A stretch of DNA of 64,000 bases from Longimicrobiales bacterium (GTDB taxonomy: Bacteria > Gemmatimonadota > Gemmatimonadetes > Longimicrobiales > Gaopeijiaceae). The notes beneath the pieces were generated by a model. The model was not told the DNA's origin. It searched no databases and was given only the letters and a program-made list of their open reading frames with translations. A program made the position numbers and the translations under genes. The stretch is from the NCBI GenBank assembly GCA_965204735.1, contig OZ242008.1, positions 1,088,001 through 1,152,000 of the forward strand, in the 5' to 3' direction. Below, in pieces: positions 13,936 through 22,805 of the stretch (position 1 is its first letter; every line of letters begins with the position of its first letter).

Positions 13936-15337
13936 CCTCCGCGTACTGGTCCAGGGTGGCGGCCAGGGCGTCGCCGGGATCCGCGTCCACGACCAGGATG
14001 CCGGCTCGGCGCATCGTCTGAAGCGCGGCGGCGCGCGCCTGCACCAGCTCCTCGGCCGCGGCCCGACGGTAGGCCTCGGCTTCGTCGGCCGGCGTCCGGG
14101 CAGCAACCCGCTCCAGCTCCGGGTTGCGGATCGCCACCGCCATGGGCAGGTGGGTGCGGGCGATCCGGGCCAGCGACGCCGCCAAGGCCCGCGACACGTC
14201 GCCGTCGATCACGTCGCAGAAGAGAGCCACCAGCGAGCGCTTGCGGACGGTGCGGGCCAGAGTGGCGACGGCAAGGGGGTAGTTGGGCTCCACCAAGCGC
14301 GTCTCGACGCCGGAGAGGAGCTCGGCCGTCGCCCCAATGTCCACGCGCCGAGGCGGCGAGAGGTGGCGGACCCGGTCGTCGAACACCAGGGTGCCCACCC
14401 GGTCGCCGTAGGCACGGGCCCGGCCCGCCAGGAGCATGGCGGCGGCCAGCGCGAAGTCGGCGCGCTCCCGGTCCAGCACGTGCTCCCGCATGTGGCGCCC
14501 GGCGTCGATCGCCAGGACCAGGTTCTGGTTGCGCTCCGTCTGGTAGCTGCGCACGACGTAGCGGCTGCGGCGGGCCGACGCCTTCCAGTCGATCGCGCGC
14601 GGGTCGTCGCCCCGAACGTACTCCCGCAGGCTCTCGAACTCGCTCCCCTCTCCCCGCCGCCGGATGCGCCGCGGCCCGGCCTCCGGCGCCGGCCGGCGCA
14701 CCGCGTGGTCCTTTCGCCGGAAGGCGCCGGAAAGGCCGGGCTGGACGCGCACAACCTGCTCCGCCGCCGCCACGCTGCGCGCCCATCCCAGTCCCAGGGG
14801 ACCCAGAGTGCGCGCATGGACCGCGCCCAGCCGCAAGAAGCCCCGGGTGCGTGGACGCGCCCGGTAGGAGATCCGAACCGTGGAACCGGCCGGCACCGCG
14901 ACCCGAACGCCGTCCTCCCAAGGGTCGCGAGCGCCCTCGGTCCTGCGTCCCGCCGCCGGCAGGCGCTTCAGCAACGGGTCCAGGTCGTCGGTGACCCGCA
15001 CCCGCACAGGCCGCGGCCCGTCGTTGGCCAGTGCGACCGACACTTCCATTGCGCCGCCCAGCGAAGCAGCGACGGGCGCCTTCCGCGAGATCGTCGGAGG
15101 TTGCGCCCGCCGCCCGTCCCAGCACGCCAGCGCCACGACCAGCAGGTCCGCCGCCAGCGCGGACGCCGTGGAGACCAGAAGGAGCGCCGACGCCCCGGCC
15201 AGGAGCCAGAGGGCGCGCCGACTGGGCAAGACGGGAATCGCCGCCGGCCGCGTCCCGCCGCCGGTCCACTGCGTCCGGGAGGTCGGCCCGCTGCGGCGAC
15301 TTGCCGGCCGGGGCCGCCGAGCGACACGGTCGCCCAC
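13913..15337 (-). CDS. DUF58 (vWA-like) protein
   Basis: Motif GSEFESLREYVRGDDPRAIDWKASAR..ERNQNLVLAIDAGRHM. Confidence 0.9.
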   Translation of the reverse strand: MGDRVARRPRPASRRSGPTSRTQWTGGGTRPAAIPVLPSRRALWLLAGASALLLVSTASALAADLLVVALACWDGRRAQPPTISRKAPVAASLGGAMEVSVALANDGPRPVRVRVTDDLDPLLKRLPAAGRRTEGARDPWEDGVRVAVPAGSTVRISYRARPRTRGFLRLGAVHARTLGPLGLGWARSVAAAEQVVRVQPGLSGAFRRKDHAVRRPAPEAGPRRIRRRGEGSEFESLREYVRGDDPRAIDWKASARRSRYVVRSYQTERNQNLVLAIDAGRHMREHVLDRERADFALAAAMLLAGRARAYGDRVGTLVFDDRVRHLSPPRRVDIGATAELLSGVETRLVEPNYPLAVATLARTVRKRSLVALFCDVIDGDVSRALAASLARIARTHLPMAVAIRNPELERVAARTPADEAEAYRRAAAEELVQARAAALQTMRRAGILVVDADPGDALAATLDQYAEVKERGLL

Positions 15338-15339
15338 GG

Positions 15340-16284
15340 CTAGCGCGGCGCCTCCAGCGTCTCCAGGAGCGCCCGGAGCTCGTCGTCCGAGGAACGGCCT
15401 TCCACTTCCGCCTCCGGCGTGAGGACCACGCGGTGGCGCAGCACCGGGAACGCCAGCGACTTCACGTCGTCCGGGACCACGAACTCTCGGCCGCTCAGGT
15501 GCGCTTCCGCCCGCGCAGCTTGGTAGAGCGCGACCCCGGCCCGAGGACTGGCGCCCAGCGCGAACGCCGAGTCCCGTCGCGTGGCCCGCACGATCTCGGT
15601 GATGTAGCGGCGGATCCGTTCGTCCACGTGGAGCCGGCTCACCGCCGCCCGCTCGCCCTGCAGCTCGGCTCGGGTCAGGGGGTCGCCGATGGGGTAGGTG
15701 GCCTCGTCGTCGGCTCGGAACCCGGCGTCGTAGCGCTCCAGGATCGCCTGCTCGGCTTCTTCGTCGGGGTAGTCCATGACGATCTTCATGAGGAAGCGGT
15801 CCACCTGGGCCTCGGGGAGAGGGTACGTCCCCTCGTGCTCCACCGGGTTCTGCGTCGCGAACACGGTGAAGGCCGCGGGCAACGGTCGCGTCTTGCCGTC
15901 CACCGTGACCTGCCGCTCCTCCATCGACTCCAGGAGAGCCGCCTGGGTCTTGGGGGGCGCCCGGTTGATCTCGTCGGCCAGAATCAGGTCCGCGAACACC
16001 GGCCCGGGGCGGTACACGAACTCCCGGGAGCGCTCGTCCAGCACGTTGACGCCGACCAAGTCCGTGGGCATGAGGTCGGGGGTGAACTGAATCCGCCCGA
16101 AGTCGAGTCCCATCCCCTGGGCGAGCGCCCGGACGGCCAGCGTCTTGGCGGTTCCCGGCACCCCCTCGACCAATGCGTGGCCTCCGGCCAGCAGCGTCGC
16201 CAGCATCTGGCGGACGACGGTGGACTGGCCGAGGACCACTTCCTCCATTCCCTGCAGCAAGCGGTCAATGCCGGGCGGCGTCAT
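15340..16284 (-). CDS. moxR: MoxR-family AAA+ ATPase
   Basis: Motifs GHALVEGVPGTAKT, RIQFTPDLMPTD, ADEINRAPPKTQAALLE, ATQNPVE, YPLPEAQVDRF and GASPR. Confidence 0.95.
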   Translation of the reverse strand: MTPPGIDRLLQGMEEVVLGQSTVVRQMLATLLAGGHALVEGVPGTAKTLAVRALAQGMGLDFGRIQFTPDLMPTDLVGVNVLDERSREFVYRPGPVFADLILADEINRAPPKTQAALLESMEERQVTVDGKTRPLPAAFTVFATQNPVEHEGTYPLPEAQVDRFLMKIVMDYPDEEAEQAILERYDAGFRADDEATYPIGDPLTRAELQGERAAVSRLHVDERIRRYITEIVRATRRDSAFALGASPRAGVALYQAARAEAHLSGREFVVPDDVKSLAFPVLRHRVVLTPEAEVEGRSSDDELRALLETLEAPR

Positions 16285-17585
16285 GCGCGGCTTCTCCTCT
16301 GGTTCCCAGGTTGGAGCGGCCCCCGGCTTGGTCGGGAGCTCGCGGCGAACTCGTCGATCCCGGCGGCGACCGCGGTCAGCTTCGGCGGGCTGGCGCGCAG
16401 GGCGTTGCGGATGCGTCGAAGCTGCACGGCGCCGTCGCTGGATGCGCGTCTTTCCATCGATTCCAAGAGGGCGACGGCCTGGGCCCGGTCGCGCGGCGGC
16501 GGCGCGTGCGCCCAGCGAGCAAGGCGGGAGACCAGAAGCAGGGCGGCGGTCTCTCGGGCTTCGGCCTTGCGGTACAGCGCGCCCAGGGCGGAGACGTGCT
16601 CCAGGGGCGAACGGCGTTCGTCCTTGGGCGGGTCCGCCGGCAAGCCGAGGCGGACGCCTGCCGCCGCCACGGCGAGGAACGCCACGAGTCCCAAGTGGAA
16701 GAGCGCCCGACCTTTGGGGCTGCCGAAGAAGAACTCGACGGCCGCCGACGCCGGGGAACCCATGCCGTGCACGCCGTGGTGGAACTCGTCGAAGAACACG
16801 GTGTCGCCCGCAGGGGTGTAGGCGACCGCAGCCCGGACCGCGAGAGCGGCCAGGGGGTCGTCGCCCGCGTTGGCGTTGGAGAGGGGCGCGGCGTCGGCGA
16901 AGGCGAGGATGCGCCCTGCGCCCAGCGGGATCTCCGCAGCGACGGCCCCGGCCACGCTGTCCAGGGGGCTGTCGAAGCGGCGCCGACGCCCGGGGCGCTC
17001 CGGGGCGCGTTCCGCGGAGAGCCGCAGCAGCGTCGCCGTCGGAAGGGCGGGGAGCGCGCGAGGGCGGAGGACCCGAGCGGGGATGGTCGCCCCAGGCAAG
17101 CCGTCGGTGAGGGGGTGGACCGCCCATGAGACGGAGCGCGCGGCGTCTTCGTCCTCTGCGGGGAGCAACGGCAACTTGCGAACCGCCAGCCCCAGCGAGT
17201 CCAGCAGAGGATGCGAGCCCGGAAGGTCCGCGTCGAAGAGCATCTCCACGTAGCGCGGGGCGTAGATCAGGACGCCCCCGTCGCGCACCCATGCCAGCAG
17301 CGCGCCCGCCTCGCGGGGACTCGGAACGTCCGTGGGCTCCAGCAGGACGATCGTGCCCCGGATGGGGTCTGCGTCGACCAGGGGCGTCATCCGGGGAGCG
17401 ACCGGCCGGCCCAGGCGCTCGATCGTTCGGTAGAACGCCGCGACGCCGTCGGGGCTGGCGCGGAACGAGGTCCGCTTCACGTCGTAGGCGATCTGGCCCC
17501 CTTCGGGCCGCAGCATGTACACGACCAGGGCGAGGGCAAGTAGGAACCCGCCCGTCCACAGCACGGCCCGCAGCCTCTCGCTCAC
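16281..17585 (-). CDS. DUF4350-like membrane-anchored protein
   Basis: N-terminal TM, motif TSFRASPDGVAAFY, VFFDEFHHG, a second TM and EHVSALGALYRKA. 4-bp overlaps with both neighbours. Confidence 0.75.
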   Translation of the reverse strand: MSERLRAVLWTGGFLLALALVVYMLRPEGGQIAYDVKRTSFRASPDGVAAFYRTIERLGRPVAPRMTPLVDADPIRGTIVLLEPTDVPSPREAGALLAWVRDGGVLIYAPRYVEMLFDADLPGSHPLLDSLGLAVRKLPLLPAEDEDAARSVSWAVHPLTDGLPGATIPARVLRPRALPALPTATLLRLSAERAPERPGRRRRFDSPLDSVAGAVAAEIPLGAGRILAFADAAPLSNANAGDDPLAALAVRAAVAYTPAGDTVFFDEFHHGVHGMGSPASAAVEFFFGSPKGRALFHLGLVAFLAVAAAGVRLGLPADPPKDERRSPLEHVSALGALYRKAEARETAALLLVSRLARWAHAPPPRDRAQAVALLESMERRASSDGAVQLRRIRNALRASPPKLTAVAAGIDEFAASSRPSRGPLQPGNQRRSRA

Positions 17586-18253
17586 GCCCGTTCGCCCTCG
17601 TCCAGGCGCGCCCGCTCCTCCAGCTTCCGGTAGGCCGCGAGCGTGGGCGCGGCTTCGCCGAAGCGGAACCGCTGGAACGAGCGGAGGAACGCCGCCGCGT
17701 CCGCGCCCGGTTCGCCCCCATGGCGGACCGCCTCGACGATGTACTCGCCCGGGGTCTTGGAAGGGTGGAAGCGGACCATGCCCCTCCCGTCGAGGACTCG
17801 GAGGACGCCCTGGTAGAGGGCGGTTGCGGCGGAGCGCAGGTCGCCGTCGGCCGCGCGGGCGGCGGCGAGCCTCAGCCACTCGGCGGCCGTCGCCGGCTGG
17901 GCGCCGCCGTGGTCGTCGGGAGTGGCGCTCGGACGTCCGTCGCGGGCGTCCAAGAGACGGACCAAGACGACCGCCGAAAGTACGACCAGCACCACCACTG
18001 CCAGCAACCATGCCGCCGCCGCGCCCCCTCCCTCGGGGATCCGAAGGGGAATCATGCGCAGAACGTCTTGCAGCGCCTCCCGTGCGGCGATCAGCCAGCT
18101 CTCGACCACGGAGGGCTCGGCCCGCCGAAAGTCGGGGCCCGCAAGCACGTCCTCCAGTGCGCGAGCGACTTCCGCGTACGCCGGAACGGCGGCGTCGCCC
18201 CGGGTCGGGACGCCATCCCGAAGTTCTTGGAGCGGCAGAATCCAGCGGATCAT
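17582..18253 (-). CDS. DUF4129-like membrane protein
   Basis: One TM followed by AADGDLRSAATALYQGVL..HPSKTPGEY..FQRFRFG. Confidence 0.75.
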   Translation of the reverse strand: MIRWILPLQELRDGVPTRGDAAVPAYAEVARALEDVLAGPDFRRAEPSVVESWLIAAREALQDVLRMIPLRIPEGGGAAAAWLLAVVVLVVLSAVVLVRLLDARDGRPSATPDDHGGAQPATAAEWLRLAAARAADGDLRSAATALYQGVLRVLDGRGMVRFHPSKTPGEYIVEAVRHGGEPGADAAAFLRSFQRFRFGEAAPTLAAYRKLEERARLDEGERA

Positions 18254-18263
18254 CGAGCCGTTC

Positions 18264-19190
18264 CTACGGCTCCGCGGTCATCGAGGCCGCGGCAGCCTCC
18301 AAGTCGTACGCTTCGGTCCGAATTCGGCGGTCGTAGTAGAGCAGCATCGTGCACGACACGAAGAGGGGCGTGGTGAACGATCCGACCGCCAGCTGAGCCA
18401 TTTGGACGAGCCAGTACTTGCTCGCGCTCACTGCCGCGCTTGGTTCGACGGCGAAGAGGCTCGAGAGGCCGTAGGCGAACGACTGGAGGGCCAGGCTGGG
18501 AAGCGCAAGCATGATCGACGCGATGCACACCACTCCGAAGATGCGGAGCCTCGCCTTCCGCGCGAGCCGGAACGACCGGCGGATCGCGCGCCAGGGACCG
18601 GCCTTCTCGACGACGACGGCCGGCAGCACGGCGAAGGTCGACGACACGAACCAAACCATTGCGAGCACGCTCGCGACGAGCAGCGCCGCCGAGATTCCCA
18701 CGACCGCGTAGCCGGTGCCCACTCCCGCCACGCCGGCGACGAAGGCGGTGACGACGGCGACGCAGGCAAAGGCGCCCGCCAGTACGGCGGCCGCGAGAAG
18801 ACACGCCAGGGCCACGGCGCCCACTACGACGGGCAAGCGGCCGAGCGCCTGCCGGTAGCTGGAGGCGAATGCCGGCCTGCGGTCTTGGGCTCGCATGGCG
18901 ATCGCGGCCGTGAGAGCGGTCCAGGCGACGGCGGCGACCACCGCGCCTGCCCCGATCCATCCCAGGCCGGCGAGCAGCGCCGCGAGCGCTTCGGCCGGCG
19001 CCGTGGAGTCGAAGTTCGACGCCGAGAAGCGGGATGCAAAGGCGAGTTCGCCGACGCCCAGGAGCGCGTAGGACGGCGCAAGCCCCACCACGGCGACGAT
19101 CGTGTAGTCGAAGAAGTCCCGCCGGTAGAGATGGAACGCGGCGTCGAGGATCTCGCCGAAGTCCAGGGGCCGGTGGGGAACGATCGACAA
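18264..19190 (-). CDS. multi-pass membrane protein typical of MoxR loci
   Basis: Motifs RPLDFGEILDAAFHLYRR, VVEKAGPWRAIRRSFRL and LLYYDRRIRTEAYDL. TTG start; alternative ATG at 19274. Confidence 0.8.
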   Translation of the reverse strand: MSIVPHRPLDFGEILDAAFHLYRRDFFDYTIVAVVGLAPSYALLGVGELAFASRFSASNFDSTAPAEALAALLAGLGWIGAGAVVAAVAWTALTAAIAMRAQDRRPAFASSYRQALGRLPVVVGAVALACLLAAAVLAGAFACVAVVTAFVAGVAGVGTGYAVVGISAALLVASVLAMVWFVSSTFAVLPAVVVEKAGPWRAIRRSFRLARKARLRIFGVVCIASIMLALPSLALQSFAYGLSSLFAVEPSAAVSASKYWLVQMAQLAVGSFTTPLFVSCTMLLYYDRRIRTEAYDLEAAAASMTAEP

Positions 19191-19314
19191 GAGCTTCTCT
19201 CGACGTGGCTTGGGTTGGGGTCTCGCTTCGATTGGCGCGGGGCTGGTGGAGGGAACCTTTGTGCCGGCCAGCATCCGGTCAATAGCGGATCGGGACAGTC
19301 GGCGGCGGTGCCCC

Positions 19315-19450
19315 CGGCGGTTCGGGCGTTGCCTCGGCGGTTCGGGCGTTGCCTCGGCGGTTCGGGCGTTTCCCTCGGCGGTTCGGGCGTTCCCCCGGCG
19401 GTTCGGGCGTTTCACTCGGCAGTTCGGGCGTTGCCCCGGCGGTTCGGGCG
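19315..19450. repeat. tandem repeat, 7 x 20-21 bp (CGGCGGTTCGGGCGTTGCCT consensus)
   Basis: GTTCGGGCG core at 19320, 19340, 19360, 19381, 19401, 19422 and 19442. Confidence 0.95.
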
Positions 19451-19466
19451 CGGGTACGTTCCCAAC

Positions 19467-20279
19467 ATGACTTCTTCCGCGCGCGGTTTCCGTCGGGCGA
19501 GGGTCGCGGCCGTCGTCGCCCTCGGCGTCCTGGCCGCTCTTGTCGTCGACGCGCTCCGCCCGCCCCTCGCCGTCGCCGCCCAGGAAGGCCCCGTCGCATC
19601 TTGGCCGCCCGTCGCCACCTTCTCCATCGTCGGCTTCGATCCGGTCACGGGCGAGGTGGGCGTGGCCGTCCAGTCCCGCGTCTTCTCGGTGGGCAACGGC
19701 GTGATCTGGGGCGAGGCCGGGGTGGGCGTGGTCGCCACCCAGGCGATCGTGGACGTGAGCTACGGCCCCCAGGCGTTGGCCTTGCTGCGGGAGGGCCGGT
19801 CGCCGGAGGATGTGGTCCGCGAAGTCCTGGCCCGAGACGCCGACCCCGACCCGGAGCGCTGGACCAAGGAGGGCCGCCAGTTCTCGGTCATGAACGCCCA
19901 GGGCGTAGTCGCGACCCACACCGGCCCCCGCGCCAGCGAGTGGGCCGGCCACCGGATCGGCGAGCACTGCTCGGCCCAGGGCAACATCCTGGCAGGACCT
20001 GCCGTCGTGGACGACATGGTGACCGCCTTCGAGTCCACCGAGGGCCACCTCTCCCATCGGCTCCAAGCCGCCCTGGAAGCGGGTCAGGCAGCGGGCGGCG
20101 ACACGCGCGGAATGCAGTCGGCCGCAATGCTGGTGGTCAAGGAGGACGGCGGCGTTTGGCTCAACAACGACGTGGTCCTGCGCCTCCAGGTGGACGACCA
20201 CCCGGAGCCGATCGCGGAGCTGCGCCGGTTGGTGGAGAAGGCGGCGGAGCGACGGGACCGGCGAGTTGGGACCGGTTGA
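19467..20279 (+). CDS. DUF1028 (Ntn-hydrolase-like) secreted protein
   Basis: Signal peptide, then TFSIVGFDP.TGEVGVAVQS, VATQA, SAQGNIL, GGDTRGMQSA and VDDHPEPIAEL. Confidence 0.88.
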   Translation: MTSSARGFRRARVAAVVALGVLAALVVDALRPPLAVAAQEGPVASWPPVATFSIVGFDPVTGEVGVAVQSRVFSVGNGVIWGEAGVGVVATQAIVDVSYGPQALALLREGRSPEDVVREVLARDADPDPERWTKEGRQFSVMNAQGVVATHTGPRASEWAGHRIGEHCSAQGNILAGPAVVDDMVTAFESTEGHLSHRLQAALEAGQAAGGDTRGMQSAAMLVVKEDGGVWLNNDVVLRLQVDDHPEPIAELRRLVEKAAERRDRRVGTG

Positions 20280-20591
20280 CGTTCAGCTCTATTCGCAGCG
20301 GGGGTCCATAACCATGCATGCCTCGCGTCGATCCCAGAGCAGAGGCGCGCAAGATCCAGCGAGAGTCCCTGAGGCGGATTCGGGCAACGACAGACCAGTC
20401 CTAGGGGGGTAGGGCAGGGTAGGGCAGGCTAGTGTCTGCCAGAAAAACCTGGTTTCGTGGCTTGACCGAGTTCCGCCGGGGTTCGGGGTGTCGAAGACGG
20501 CCGGTTCCGGTAGATCGCCGTGGGCGTCCTCAACGCCGTGGGCACTGCGTTGATCGCATCGCGGACTGGCCCGGTCTTCCGCAGCGCCCCC

Positions 20592-22730
20592 TCACCACTC
20601 GGCCAGCTCCAGCATTCCCTCCAGCACGTCCTCGACCTGGGGCAGGATCGCCTTTTCCAGCCGGGGCGAGTACGCCACCCACGTGTCCATCGCGCCCACG
20701 CGGCGGACGGGGCCGTCCAGCCACGGGAAGAGCTCGTCGGCGGCCTGGGCCGCGATCTCGGCGCCGAGCCCGAACGTCACGGCGTCCTCGTGGGCGACCA
20801 GGAGCTTGCCGGTGCGGCGGACCGACGCCGCCACGGTCTCCATGTCCAGGGGCGAGAGCGTGCGCAGGTCGATCACCTCGGCGCTCGCCCCGTAGCGGTC
20901 CTGGGCGATCCGGGCGGCGTCCACCGAGCGCTTCGTCAAGGCGCCGCACGTGGCCACGGTCAGGTCGCGGCCCGGCCGGACCACCTTCGCCTTGCCGAAT
21001 GGCACCATGTAGTCCGGGCCCGGACAGGCGCCCTTGTTGTGCACTTGGCGGTAGAGGTGCTTGTGCTCCAGGAAGAGCACCGGGTCGTCGCAGCGGATCG
21101 CCGTGCGCAGGAGGCCGTTGGCGTCCAAGGCGTTGGACGGGAGCACGACCCGCAGCCCCGGCGTGTGGGTGAAGAGGGTCGCGCCGGTCTGGGAGTGGTA
21201 CGGCCCGCCCTTGATGTAGCCGCCGTAGGTGGTGCGCACGACGACCGGCGCCGACCACTCTCCCGCCGATCGGTAGCTCATCGTCGCCAGCTCGTTGCGC
21301 AGCTGCATGAACGCCGGCCAGATGTAGTCGAAGAACTGGATCTCGATCACCGGCTTGAGCCCGCGAGCCGCCATCCCCACGGCGCGCCCCACGATGTTCG
21401 CCTCCGCCAAGGGCGCGTTGTACACCCGCTCGCTCCCGAACCGGGCCTGGAGCCCGTGGGTCACCTTGAAGACGCCGCCCTTGCCCTTCACCTCTTCCAG
21501 CGCGTCCTCGCGAGAGGCGTCCGCCACGTCCTGACCGAAGACCACGATCCGGGGGTCCCGCTTCATCTCGTCGCGCAGGCAGCGGTTCAGCAGGTCCACC
21601 ATCGTCAGCGGGCGGTCGTCCTCGAAGGCGGGCCGGTCCTCCGTGTCGAAGCGGCCTCCGCAGGGGTCCACGGTCTCGGAGTAGAGCCACTTCGCCGCCG
21701 TCTCGGGCTTGGGCTGGGGATGCTCCATCGCCTGGTCCGCGGCCGCCGCCACCGCCGCCTTCACGTCGGCCTCCAGCTGGGCCAGCTCCGCCTCCGTGGC
21801 CGCCCCCGAGTCGACCAGCAGCCGCCGCGTCCGAGGCAGCGGGTCCCGGCTGTCCTGCTCGGCGCGCTCGGCCGAAGAGCGGTAGAGGGACTCGTCGTCG
21901 GAAGCGGAGTGGGAGTAGGGCCGGGTCGTGTGGGCGTGCAGGAGGGCTGGCCCCTGCCGCGCTCGGCACCAGCCCACCACTTCGCCGGAGGCCCGCCAGC
22001 TTTCCAGCACGTCGGTCCCGTCGCACTCCACGATCTTCAGGTTCGGGAACCCGGCGAGGAGCCGCGACACGTTGCCGCCGGCGGTCTGCACTTCGACGGG
22101 CACGGAGATCGCGTACTCGTTGTCCTCCACCACGAAGAGGACGGGCAGCTTCAGGTTGCACGAGGTGTTGAGGGCCTCCCAGAACTCGCCCTCGGAGGTG
22201 GTCCCGTCGCCGGCGCAGCAGACGACGACCTCGTCGGACGCGAAGCTCCCCACGTGGGGCCGCAGCTCCGCCCGCCGCTCCGCCCGCAGGCCCGCTTCCG
22301 CCGTCCCCACGGCGTGGAGGAACTGGGTCCCCGTCGGCGACGAAGCCGACACGATGTTGAAGCGCCTGTCGCCGAAGTGGGCGGGCATCTGCCGTCCGCC
22401 GCTGTTGGGGTCCGCGGCCGCGCCCATGCTCTGAAGGAAGTGGTCCTGGGGGGACTGCCCCAGCGCCAGCGCCAGCGTCCGGTCCCGGTAGTACAAGTAG
22501 AACCAGTCCGACCGGGGATCGAGCCAGTCGGCCAGGCCGGCCTGGACGGCCTCGTGTCCCGCTCCTGCAATTTGGAAGAAGACCTTGCCCTGCTTCTGAA
22601 GGGCCACTTCCCGGTCGTCGATCGCCCGGGCGGTGACCATCGTCCGGTACCACCGCAACAACGTCTCGTGGCTCGGAAGCTCCGGTTCGGCTCCCGTCTC
22701 CGCGTCCATGTGCCGCTCCAGCGTCGCCAT
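20592..22730 (-). CDS. 2-oxoacid (probably branched-chain) dehydrogenase E1, fused alpha+beta subunits
   Basis: TPP motif [17 protein letters not shown] and HS.SDD, followed by beta motifs [28 protein letters not shown] and IDLRTL. Confidence 0.92.
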   Translation of the reverse strand: MATLERHMDAETGAEPELPSHETLLRWYRTMVTARAIDDREVALQKQGKVFFQIAGAGHEAVQAGLADWLDPRSDWFYLYYRDRTLALALGQSPQDHFLQSMGAAADPNSGGRQMPAHFGDRRFNIVSASSPTGTQFLHAVGTAEAGLRAERRAELRPHVGSFASDEVVVCCAGDGTTSEGEFWEALNTSCNLKLPVLFVVEDNEYAISVPVEVQTAGGNVSRLLAGFPNLKIVECDGTDVLESWRASGEVVGWCRARQGPALLHAHTTRPYSHSASDDESLYRSSAERAEQDSRDPLPRTRRLLVDSGAATEAELAQLEADVKAAVAAAADQAMEHPQPKPETAAKWLYSETVDPCGGRFDTEDRPAFEDDRPLTMVDLLNRCLRDEMKRDPRIVVFGQDVADASREDALEEVKGKGGVFKVTHGLQARFGSERVYNAPLAEANIVGRAVGMAARGLKPVIEIQFFDYIWPAFMQLRNELATMSYRSAGEWSAPVVVRTTYGGYIKGGPYHSQTGATLFTHTPGLRVVLPSNALDANGLLRTAIRCDDPVLFLEHKHLYRQVHNKGACPGPDYMVPFGKAKVVRPGRDLTVATCGALTKRSVDAARIAQDRYGASAEVIDLRTLSPLDMETVAASVRRTGKLLVAHEDAVTFGLGAEIAAQAADELFPWLDGPVRRVGAMDTWVAYSPRLEKAILPQVEDVLEGMLELAEW

Positions 22731-22805
22731 GGCGACTCCCCCCAGCAGCTGCAGTTTGGGCGACAGTGCGCCGGCGCGGCCGTCGCCTCTCTTCTCTCTT
22801 GATGC

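Noticed and set aside
19315..19450. CRISPR array
   Set aside because: The repeats are contiguous with no unique spacers, so this is a tandem repeat.
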